The position numbers and the translations under genes are program-made. The notes under the pieces are model-generated. The model did not search any database, was not told where the DNA came from, and worked only from the letters and a program-made list of their open reading frames with translations. DNA of 64,000 nt, taken from positions 447,698-511,697 of the forward strand of contig JBBCGO010000001.1 in the NCBI GenBank assembly GCA_037200925.1, in the 5' to 3' direction. Numbering within the stretch: position 1 is the stretch's first letter; each line of letters begins with the position of its first letter. Positions 29,808-38,999 of the stretch are shown in pieces. The DNA comes from Candidatus Doudnabacteria bacterium. GTDB taxonomy: Bacteria; Patescibacteriota; Doudnabacteria; UBA920; O2-02-FULL-48-8.

Positions 29808-30110
29808 TCAGGGTCTCTTAATAAAATCGTCATATACATCTTTCCATTCCGGATTATCTTTTTCTATAAGATTTATCTTCCATTGCCGATGCCAATTTTT
29901 GATCTGCCGCTCTCTTTCAAAGGCCTGTTCGATTGTCTCACATGGTTCATAGTAGACCAGTTTGTCAAGATTATATTTTTTCGTGAATCCCTCCACTAGT
30001 TTTTCTTTATGCTGCCAAATTCTTTCCAATCCTATGCCGGTGGCTCCTGTATAAAGAACTGTATTCATCTTGTTGGTTAATATATAAACTCCCGGTTCTT
30101 TTTCTTGCAT
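29808..30110 (-). CDS. GIY-YIG nuclease family protein
   Basis: VYILTN..LYTGAT..RIWQHK..FTKKY..LVYYE..RERQIKNW. Confidence 0.93.
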   Translation of the reverse strand: MQEKEPGVYILTNKMNTVLYTGATGIGLERIWQHKEKLVEGFTKKYNLDKLVYYEPCETIEQAFERERQIKNWHRQWKINLIEKDNPEWKDVYDDFIKRP

Positions 30111-30328
30111 GTATCCAAAGATGCTGAAACGAGTTCAGCATTGCGGTATGGGTAATTTCCTATTTGAACCTTGAACCTTGAAGTTTATTTCTGTTGGACT
30201 TTGGACATTGGTCATTTGGTTTTCTTTTAGCCCCTTTTATTGGTATTTTTTATTTCTAAAACTAAAAAATGTGCCATCATTATAGCACATTCAGTCAAAA
30301 AATCAAAAAAATAATTAACCTCTTTAGT

Positions 30329-30387
30329 AACTCCCCCTTCCTCCGCCCTCTTAACTAGAAGAGGGCGGGGCAGGGTGAGGGGAGTTA
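30329..30387. repeat. Gene-less palindrome related to DUF559 flanks
   Basis: AACTCCCCC..CCCTCTT..AAGAGGG..GGGTGAGGGGAGTT. Confidence 0.6.
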
Positions 30388-30419
30388 AAATTAAGCGGCG
30401 GAGGAGTTACGGGATACGG

Positions 30420-32003
30420 CTACTGCGCTATTCCGCCGTCATCATAGGAAGCAAGATCAGAACTGCTCAACCGAATTATCTTATTCAGCGACAGCTTCAT
30501 GTTCCGGAATACCGCCATAGACGGTATTCCGAGTTTGGCATCACCCGAAACTATATAAATAGTGGACCCGCTGTCGCGGATGAGAGTGTTGTCAGGATAA
30601 CCCATGGCCCGTCCCAGGTTATCAGCAGTCATCACATCAGAACCGATGATCTGAACGTCGGAAAATTTCAGCCCGCGCGACAGGAACACTGATCCTGAGG
30701 TGAACGGCCGGAATTTTCCGTCGGATGCCATGAACACGGTTTTGATATCATCAGCTTTGACCAACATACCGTCAGCAGATGTTATCGCGCCCAAAACCTG
30801 GCCTGGGGCTGGAACTATGACAGGAGTCGCAGCCGAAGCTGGAGATGGAGTCGAAGCTGCCACGGGAGGCAAAATACCGTTCCCGCTGCCGCCCCCTCCT
30901 CCTCCGCCACCGCCGCCGCCGGAAATAATATTTGCGGCAAAGCTTGCGGCGATCGTGTGATCTAACTTAACGCTACTGAATGTGTAGCTTGCGACTGCGC
31001 CGACAGAAACGCCGTCAGCCAGAACATCGGCCACATGAAAACCGGAACTGGGACTGATAGTGAAAGTTTGATCCATGCTATCATTGACCGAGACCGGACC
31101 GACAGGAGAAATAGAGCCATTCGTGTCAGCTGCAGCTGTGATAGTATGCGCTAATTGCGAAGAAGAAAGAGTGAGATTATCGAACAGGAAACCTTTGCCC
31201 AGATCTGCCGCAGTTGCAGCGCCGCTTTCGCGGAATTCAACTGTCTTGATGATGCGCGGAGTGGGTTCAGTCGCAGATTCGCTGTCAAACACATAATAAT
31301 TCTCCCAGCTGGTGCCTGTGTGGACAAGTGCTCCGTCAATATATACTTTCACAATATCATTGGACGGGCCGTCCAGCATATCCATCGTAAGTTTTATCGT
31401 ATGCGGCGACGTCCTTGTCAGGTCCGTTGCAATTTGAGTCTCCACAAAATTAGCCGGGTTTGTAGCGCCCTGCACATCGTCAAAGAAAACATTGATGCCA
31501 GCTGTGCCGTCTTCAAACCGCAGATAGCTCATGCGCGAGCCGTCCCCGCGGTCAGGCGATAATGAAACATGCAAACCGGGCTGCATAGCAGCTTGCGTTG
31601 AAGCCATATCAAACTGCATTTCAAAATGATTTTGTTTGGTTCCCACAGGAAATGCTCCGTTAGTAGAAGCAGTCTCCCCTACAGAGTCAGCCAAAGGCTT
31701 GGCAAATGTCTGGTCGCCGAATCCGCCTGAGGTCACAGCGTCCGAGATGCGGAAGGTTTGAGTGCCGAAAGATGCATAGCCGTACGTGTTCGCAACCACT
31801 GACTGATCATATGCTCCGATAGCTTTCCAGCCGTCCTGTGCGTTGATGGTTCCGGGTGCATAAGTTTCAAAATTAATGGCATTGCTGTCTGCATGCGATC
31901 TGTTCGCCGCAAAAAAACCGCCTAGGACCAATGCGGCGATGCTGAAGACGCTGATGCTAATTCTCAAAGACCGGGTTTGGGTTGTCATTTTGTTTGCTTT
32001 CAA
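30420..32003 (-). CDS. Secreted/surface protein with beta-sandwich domain, bacterial repeat domain, Gly linker and C-terminal repeat module
   Basis: Signal peptide; GSISP..TFTISP..GFHVADV..DG; poly-G; DGMLVKA..FRPFTS..F repeats. Confidence 0.8.
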   Translation of the reverse strand: MKANKMTTQTRSLRISISVFSIAALVLGGFFAANRSHADSNAINFETYAPGTINAQDGWKAIGAYDQSVVANTYGYASFGTQTFRISDAVTSGGFGDQTFAKPLADSVGETASTNGAFPVGTKQNHFEMQFDMASTQAAMQPGLHVSLSPDRGDGSRMSYLRFEDGTAGINVFFDDVQGATNPANFVETQIATDLTRTSPHTIKLTMDMLDGPSNDIVKVYIDGALVHTGTSWENYYVFDSESATEPTPRIIKTVEFRESGAATAADLGKGFLFDNLTLSSSQLAHTITAAADTNGSISPVGPVSVNDSMDQTFTISPSSGFHVADVLADGVSVGAVASYTFSSVKLDHTIAASFAANIISGGGGGGGGGGGSGNGILPPVAASTPSPASAATPVIVPAPGQVLGAITSADGMLVKADDIKTVFMASDGKFRPFTSGSVFLSRGLKFSDVQIIGSDVMTADNLGRAMGYPDNTLIRDSGSTIYIVSGDAKLGIPSMAVFRNMKLSLNKIIRLSSSDLASYDDGGIAQ

Positions 32004-32178
32004 TTACGTTTTTTCTACCTCTTTATCGTATGCGTTGCGCAAACAATATGATACGAACGGATCGAACATAAAACCGCCGACTTCCGGCGGTATTTATGGA
32101 TAGTATGGCTTTCCCTACTTCGGGCGGATGTCTTCCCTTCTCCCTCTGGGAGAAGGTGGCCGAAGGCCGGATGAGGGA

Positions 32179-32538
32179 TTATGTCTTAAGCATATCCAAA
32201 ATCCTCTCTGCGACTCCTTCAAGATTATTGTTTATTTCGTTGTTCCAGATCCGTAACACCTTGTAACCAAGTTTATTGAGGTACTTACCTCTTTCAATAT
32301 CTTTGTTAGCATTCTCAGGTTGATTGTGTTGCCCTCCGTCTATTTCTATGACCAGTTTATATTTATAGCAGCAAAAATCAGCAATGTATTTGCCGATCAC
32401 GAATTGCCGGCGGAATTTATAATCATAAAATCTTCGGCTGCGAAGCAAATACCAAAGTTGATTCTCTTCCGGAGTTGAAGTTTTTCTCAGCTTCCTCGCC
32501 AGTTTTGTAATATTTTCTTCTTGCATCAAACCCCTCAC
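32179..32538 (-). CDS. DUF559 / Vsr-like endonuclease
   Basis: ARKLRK..E..LW..LR..FRRQ..YIADF..LVIEIDGGQH..VLRIWN. Confidence 0.93.
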   Translation of the reverse strand: MRGLMQEENITKLARKLRKTSTPEENQLWYLLRSRRFYDYKFRRQFVIGKYIADFCCYKYKLVIEIDGGQHNQPENANKDIERGKYLNKLGYKVLRIWNNEINNNLEGVAERILDMLKT

Positions 32539-32642
32539 CCGCCCCTTCGGGGCACCCTCTCCCGTTGGGAGAGGGTAAATTAGATTTAATTAATTATATC
32601 AAACGAAAACATTTTTGCTCATGAGCAGAGTCATGAGCAAAT

Positions 32643-32674
32643 AAAAACCCGCCTCTGGATTGAGGCGGGTTTTT
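32643..32674 (-). terminator. Intrinsic terminator after the large surface-protein gene
   Basis: AAAAACCCGCCTC-TGGATT-GAGGCGGGTTTTT. Confidence 0.8.
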
Positions 32675-32758
32675 GCTCGATTCACCCTCCCACCAAAATT
32701 TGGTGGGAGGGTTTATAGTTTCGAGAAACTAACTGCTTATCTCTTAACTAACTATGGG

Positions 32759-35700
32759 TTAGTTGTGCAATGACCAAGTCTGAGTTGGGTAATTGAAGAG
32801 GTAAGTGTGATTTGGACCCACGCCGCCAGTAAACGCTGTTGGGTTGCTGCCCGCGGTATCAAACCACGAGAAGTTGTCTGCAACGGTAAGCGTGGTCGTG
32901 ATGCTGGAAGTTCCAGCTGCGCCCAAGGTACCGGTTGTAGTTCCGAACAACGTGAAGGTTGTCGCGGAGGTAACCTGGTAGTTAGCCGGGAAGACGCAGG
33001 TATCTACTGCAGGAGCAGTACCAACAACGGTACAAGTAACGCCTGCAATGGTAGTGCTGCCAAGAGCAAGTCTTGTAGATGTGGTAGTAGCTGCAGGGGC
33101 CACGATAGTGCCCGAAGGAGATATCGAGAACTCGAGCTTGCCGACTGCAATAGGACCTTTGGCGTTCGGTGTGATGGTCACATCAAAGAGATGGTTTTCA
33201 CCAACCAACAATCCGGCATTGCTCGTGGTTGTCACGGAAAGGATCGGAACTGAGCCAACCATGTTCATGGTATTGGCTGCAAGCGGGGTCAACCCTCTGG
33301 TGAGAGTGCTGCCGCCTGAGGTGAACCTCACATAGCTCAACAGCAGTGTTGAGAGTGAGCCGGAAGCAACACCATTCGTGCCAACCGATGCATAGGTCGG
33401 CAGGGCGTTCACAAAGATACCGCCGCCGCCGTTTGGAACAGCAATGGACAAACCGGTCAGATAAGCTGTGCCGGCAATCGTTGCAGCTTCTGTTCCGGTA
33501 TGAGTTCCGGCAGGAAGAGTGCGCAACACGCTGGCGTGAGTGGCATCAATCACAGAAAGTACTGTGAAGTCTTCCGGAGCAACTGAGGCAACCGTAATCA
33601 CAGAACCAACGCCCAAGTTCGCGGTTGAACCGAGAACTAATGCGTTAGTAATATTGCTTACTACTTCGCCCGTAAGATGCGCAATAGCAACTGTGCCATT
33701 GAATCCGCGGACAACAGTAAGAACAGCACCAGCTACGTTTGTAACCAGCATTTGTTCAGCGGCACCACCAGCTGTAGTAACAGTGATGTTTGCGCCAGAA
33801 ACAATACCGGCGCCTGAAGTCACGGTTACAGTGGTCGTTACGCCATCAATACCGCCATTAAGCGTGGTATTGGCTGGGTTTGCAGCAACAGCTGTGGTCA
33901 GCGTTGTAGCAGCCGGAGTTGAGACAACTGCGGAAGAACCGCCAACTTTGACTGAAGCTACGGTGTTAGGAACAGCTCCTTTGACCGCGAATTTCAGTTC
34001 GGAAAGATTGGCTGCGCCGCCGGTTGAAACGAAGTTGAAGGAATTAGTGCTACCGTCAACAGAACCGCCGGAGGCAGCAATGTATTGCTGAGGTGTTGAG
34101 CCGGAGGAGGTGAAGGTCGGTGTGCCCAAAGCACCTGAAGTCAGAGTGATAAGCTGGCCAACTGTGGCTGCAGCCGGGGTCAAACTGACATTGGAGCTTG
34201 CGCCCAGAGCAGTCGGCAACAAGGTGGCCCTGAATTGAGAGCCGGTGCTGTCAGTGCTGGTGTCGGCAAGAATGCCAATGGTGGTTGAACCGCCCGGAGG
34301 CAGAGTGAAGTTAACCGAGAAGTTGTTGGCAGCTGTCGGGTTGATAGGTGTAGAACCTGAGCCCGAAGTTTCCGTAGTTCTCAAGTTAGAGAAGTTGGTC
34401 AGAGCAGGGAAAACACCTGATGACGCAGTGTTCGTCAGCACAGTAGTACCGTCAGCTCGGGTCAAACCAACTGAGAGGTTGGTGACGCGGACTCCTTCTG
34501 AGGAGCTGTTGTTCTGCATCGTGAACTCAGCAATCTTCACACCAGAGGTGTTCGGATTGGCGTTCTGGTCTGCATAAGAGCTCTTGGATACTGAGAGAGT
34601 GCCGGTCTGAATGGTCAAACCGGAAGTGGTCAGGGTGCTGGCTGGCAGGACATTGGTCGTGTTCAGCGAGCTTAGGCCCTGGGCTGAGGAAGAACCGAAC
34701 AAGATAGCGGATGTAACAGTGCCTGCAGTGTAATTGGCAAAGGCATTGTTCTGCATGTCTGCGCGGATTTCCAACCAGCTGTCAGTGCCGGCAGGAGCGA
34801 TCATGGAAGAACCAAGAGTGTAGGACAGGGTACCTGAACACCAGTTTTGGCTGGAACCGACCTGGCCAAGAGTGGTCAAGCTGGAACCAAAGTACAAAGC
34901 TACGTTGTTCAAGCCATTGGCAGTGTTGCCAGGACAGCCGCCAGCCTGAGCCGGTATTGTACCGCTCAAGCCTGGTTGGATCACCAAAGTCATAACTTTG
35001 ATGTCTTCACCATAAGCATGCAGTCTGAACCGGCCGATGACCGCATTGGTCGCTCCGCCGGTGACATTGGTCAAGGACTGGAAAGTAGGATCGATAACAG
35101 CGCTCAATGTGCCCTGGCTGATCAAAACGCTGGCTGCCGTCAGAGGCGAGAAAGCAGCGTTATTGACAGTTGGGGAAACGTTCACATTCAACTGGGAATC
35201 GGTAACCGTGAAGTCTGCTGAGTTCTGCAAAGCGAACTGAACCGTGCGGTTCGAGCCTTTTTGCACATCAGCGCGGACTTCAAGCGTGGTAGTGCCGGGT
35301 TGGCAGAAGAGGTGGCGCGGCATTGAGGTCAAAGAACACAAAACCGTTGACCACAGCAACAGGACTGCCTATCGGTGCGCCATTAACGTACAACTGGATA
35401 TTGGATAGCGCATCAAAAGGAGCGGAACCAATAAGCTGAAGCTGTAAGCTCTTGAAGTACACGGAATGGGTATTGACCTGGACCGGGATCTGCCAGAACG
35501 AGTAACCGGTTGAACCGGCATTTACGGTCGGGGTGCCTGTCGGGGTCAGAGAAGCGCTGGTGAAGTTAACGCCAGCCAAGAGACCGGTACCTGAGGCAAT
35601 GGTGAACAGGTTGCCCTGGACATTGGCATTGGTCATAACTGAATCGCCACTAAGCATAAACCCAACCAGGGTCATGCCAGAGTCTGGCCTGCAGTTGCAG

Positions 35701-36692
35701 TGGAGGCAATATCAGCCTTGACCGCAAGCGTCTGCGGGCCGCTGATGGCGAGGTTCAGGTTATTGAATGTAACTAAGCCATTGGTGTTAATGGAAGCGGC
35801 ATCAGTGATGCGCTGGGTGCCGCGATACAGGTAAACATTGTTTACAGCTGTATTGGTGGACACGCCCGGTGCGCTGCAGAGTGATCTGCGAAACTGTGCC
35901 GGTGCCATTGAACAAGGGGTGCAGCAAGTCGGCGCTGGCCTGGCCTGCGACGATACTGCCGGCAGCCGGGTTGTCAGAAGCGAGGCTTACTGAAACCGAA
36001 CCTGACGGTGGAGGAGGAGGATTGAAGCCTCCGCATCCGGAGAGCAGGACTACGACACCGGTTTGAGGCAAAGCCAAGTCAGCCGCGTTGGCTGCTACGA
36101 CTTTGGCCAGTGTCATGCCGTGGGATGCGAACACATCCATTGACGGGTAACCCATGCGGCCGGTGGATGACATAAGCCAAACAGTTCCATTGCTGAGAAC
36201 TGTGACGCCGGCTGGATGAGCGGAAACTGTGTCGTTCATGTTTGCGCCTGTTGGCAGGTCAGCAAAGGTGTTGAACGGAGCAGATTGGACGTTGGAGAAG
36301 CTGTAGCCGCCGCCGCTGAAAACAGCGCCGGAAGTAAAGCCTCTTTTTTGTCCGCTTGTAACGAGATAAACGAGTGGGTCGCCTGGGCCTTTAACTAAAG
36401 TGCCATCGGCGTAGACCATAATAGGACCTACTGGCAAAGCTAGATCTTCCGCACTTGCCTGGCTAAGCTGACCAAAATTGTAGCCATAGGATTGGAAGAC
36501 TTCAGCTGACGGGAATCCGCGTCGTGTGCCGCCGGTAATGAACCAGGCGGTGCCATTTGAGATCACTATACAGCCATCTGTATGAACCGCTGCGGAAGCG
36601 ATAAGAGGAGCAGAAAGCATGGCGCTCCACAGTAAAGTGGAAACGGTCAGGCCGACTGCAACAGCTTTCCGAGCGTTTGAAGATAATTGCAT
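32759..36692 (-). CDS. Large (~1310 aa) Thr/Ser/Gly/Ala-rich S-layer-like surface protein, split by three 1-bp indels
   Basis: Four ORF fragments join after single-base fixes near 35866, 35675 and 35297; signal peptide; SVSLASDNPA motif. Confidence 0.8.
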
Positions 36693-36935
36693 TGTATTCT
36701 CCTGTTTATAGGTAAGCTTTCGGGATCAGGATTAATTATTCATATGAGACAATCAATCCCTAACCTATAAAACGAACCTGTAAACATGTTTTGATTAATT
36801 TTTTATCCCGATATACGGGAATATTTTGTCCCGATATACGGGAACATGGAACTAAACGCCTGTCCGTCTAACGGGACATTTAAAGAAAACAAAGACCGAC
36901 CATCCAGCACCAGTTTTCGGTTATAATTACTTGGT

Positions 36936-37455
36936 TTAGACTGCTTCGCTTCGCTCGCAGATTCGAATTTGCGAGGAAGCCGCAAGGCTGACGAAGCAAT
37001 CTATAATTATGTTAATTATTTAAGCCAAAAACTGGGGCTGGAACAGTGCCTTATTTAGGCAATTTTAATTCCATTTGTTAAGACGCACGTTTGCATAGTC
37101 AGTTACAGATAAAGTGTTGATAACACCATATTGCAAATGACTTTGCAAACATCGATGAATTTCGCTGGGGTTAGCCAATATTCGCAAAATAAAACAACCG
37201 CGATCTATTGAACCGTGGCAGTTATAATGCTTATTATTCGGCTGACTTGTAAGAGATTTTCATCGAGTACAAGCATTATGGATTAAAAAAACATTTTTGT
37301 CAAGCAAAAATAATGCTAACTTATCGCATCTGCAAGCAACCGTAGGTTGCGCGGCAGTCTAAATCAATTGTCATTCCGGACCCGATCCGGAATCCAGAAA
37401 TAAAGCTTTATGCTGGATCCTGAAACAAGTTCAGGATGACATATTCGGGATGACA
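36936..37455. repeat. Cluster of gene-less REP-like palindromes
   Basis: TTAGACTGCTTCG..CTCGCAGATTCG / TTGCGAGGA..GACGAAGCAATCTA / CATCTGCAAGCAACCGTAGGTTGCGCGGCAGTCTAA / GTCATTCCGG..GGAATCCAG..CTGGATCCTGAAACAAGTTCAGGATGAC. Confidence 0.8.
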
Positions 37456-37550
37456 TAAAATTGATTGCTTTGTCGTGGACAATTGGCTGACTTCTCGCAA
37501 ATTCAAACGTTTTCTGTTAAAATTGCATTTGAACTAAGCGGGATTTTTTT

Positions 37551-37624
37551 GCGGGTGTTGTATAACGGTATTACCTCAGATTTCCAATCTGATGACAGGG
37601 GTTCGACTCCCCTCACCCGCTCCA
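37551..37624 (+). tRNA. tRNA-Gly (UCC)
   Basis: GCGGGTG..TCAGA-TTTCCAA-TCTGA..GGTTCGACTCC..CACCCGC TCCA. Confidence 0.93.
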
Positions 37625-37784
37625 AGGAATGGTTCGTCAGGTCATTCGACCTGACGCCCGGTCGGATGACCGGGCGATTCCCGCATCCCGCTCCAAAATA
37701 AGGGAATTTTAATTTATCCCCAACCAACCTGATAGGTGTTGATAGTTCTAAACTTATTATCCACAATTTTTCAAAACAATCTAA

Positions 37785-37826
37785 ATCGTCCCACTTTCTG
37801 CTCGTACGAGCAAAAATCGGTATCGA
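37785..37826. repeat. Palindromic direct repeat downstream of the wHTH-Cas2-like gene
   Basis: ATCGTCCCACTTTCTGCTCGTACGAGCAAAAATCGGTATCGA; second copy at 38333-38375. Confidence 0.85.
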
Positions 37827-37837
37827 ATTACTGGCAT

Positions 37838-38326
37838 TTAAAATTGTTCGATCTTGCCGGCAACAATTGAAATGTTAGAATCTATTTTTAATTCTTCGGC
37901 AAATTCCTTAAGTTCATCGAAAATCTGAAAAGGACTGATAAAAACGCTTTTTTGGATCTGGGTGTAGCCGTGCCTGATAAGATAACGCCGGAAGTTATCC
38001 CTGGCCCTATGCTTTTCCTCGGGAATATCAAACATGATGATCGTAGACTGCCCATCTGTTCTGTTCATTTTTACTAGCGGCTTTTGACGCAATTTTTTCG
38101 CTTTGTCGGTCAGGATATATGCAGAGCCGTCGTGTTTTCGCACCTTTGTAACCAAGCCGTTCTTTTCAAATCTTTCAAGTCTCCGGTAATAGGTCGTTCT
38201 GGGAATTCGGTGAATTTTTAATTTCCCATAAGGCGTAAAAACGATATCCTCTATTAAGAGGCCCAAGTCCTCTGCCATGGCAAACATTTCTACTGCAATT
38301 TCATAGGCAAGCTCTTTATTGTTCAT
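37838..38326 (-). CDS. PaaX-like protein (wHTH + Cas2-like ferredoxin domain)
   Basis: RRLERFEKNGLV..YILTDK; IIMFDIPEE..R..FRRYL..GY..IQKSVF. Confidence 0.85.
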   Translation of the reverse strand: MNNKELAYEIAVEMFAMAEDLGLLIEDIVFTPYGKLKIHRIPRTTYYRRLERFEKNGLVTKVRKHDGSAYILTDKAKKLRQKPLVKMNRTDGQSTIIMFDIPEEKHRARDNFRRYLIRHGYTQIQKSVFISPFQIFDELKEFAEELKIDSNISIVAGKIEQF

Positions 38327-38332
38327 GAACCT

Positions 38333-38375
38333 ATCGTACCACTTTCTGCTCGGTCGAGCAAAAAATGGTACTCGA
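38333..38375. repeat. Palindromic direct repeat upstream of the wHTH-Cas2-like gene
   Basis: ATCGTACCACTTTCTGCTCGGTCGAGCAAAAAATGGTACTCGA. Confidence 0.85.
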
Positions 38376-38420
38376 GATATCTAAAATATATCTAAATATG
38401 TGTTATAGATTTATTCTTCC

Positions 38421-38494
38421 TGGTCGGGGTGCTGGGAATTGAACCCAGTCTACCTGCTCCCAAAGCAGGCGTACTACCGGTATACGACACCCCG
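38421..38494 (-). tRNA. tRNA-Pro (UGG)
   Basis: CGGGGTGTCGTATACCGGTAGTACGCCTGCTTTGGGAGCAGGTAGACTGGGTTCAATTCCCAGCACCCCGACCA. Confidence 0.93.
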
Positions 38495-38608
38495 TCGTCT
38501 CAGCCGGCAGACGCTTCGCGATTTTGCTTTGCAAAATGCGCTACGGTCTGCATGCTGCTCCTCTCAATTTCAAATGCCATAAACTACCCTTGTCAGCATT
38601 TGAAATTG
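38495..38608 (-). repeat. tRNA 5'-abutting structured element, copy 3 (Pro)
   Basis: Same 71-nt core ending GACGA at tRNA +1; upstream hairpin CAATTTCAAATGC/GCATTTGAAATTG. Confidence 0.85.
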
Positions 38609-38656
38609 TAAAAAAACAACTTAACTGCTCTATTATACAAAAATTCGGTTGTAATT

Positions 38657-38695
38657 AAAACCCCCGAATCCGCCAGACGGCGAACGGGGGTTTTT
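38657..38695 (-). terminator. Intrinsic terminator after HU
   Basis: AAAACCCCCG..CGGGGGTTTTT. Confidence 0.75.
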
Positions 38696-38708
38696 GCATA
38701 TAATAATT

Positions 38709-38999
38709 TTAACTCGGCATGGAAGTCCGGACGGCTTCTTTCAGATTTTTGCCGGCGCGGAACTTCGGGACCCTGGTGGCCGCGATCTGGATCTTCTGCT
38801 CCGGGTGCTGCGGATTCACGCCCATGCGGGCCGAGCGGCTGGAAACCATGAAAGCGCCGAAGCCCGAAATATTAACTTCCTGCCCGTTCTTCAGAGCATC
38901 GGTTATGACTTCCACGAATCCATGCAGGATCTTTTCCGCTTCGCTTTTGCCCACAGCCAGTTTGGCCGCCAAAGTATCTATCAATTCTTGTTTGTTCAT
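38709..38999 (-). CDS. hup: HU family DNA-binding protein
   Basis: MNKQELI..GFGAF..R.ARMGVNPQ..PKFRAGKNLKEAV. Confidence 0.95.
   Translation of the reverse strand: MNKQELIDTLAAKLAVGKSEAEKILHGFVEVITDALKNGQEVNISGFGAFMVSSRSARMGVNPQHPEQKIQIAATRVPKFRAGKNLKEAVRTSMPS

Noticed and set aside
35280-35910. Four separate genes or a pseudogene at the S-layer-like locus
   Set aside because: Three single-base fixes in short G/C runs within about 600 bp restore one continuous protein; local low-quality sequence is the simpler explanation
37785-38375. CRISPR-Cas locus
   Set aside because: Only two repeats with a whole gene between them; no spacer array and no cas1 or effector
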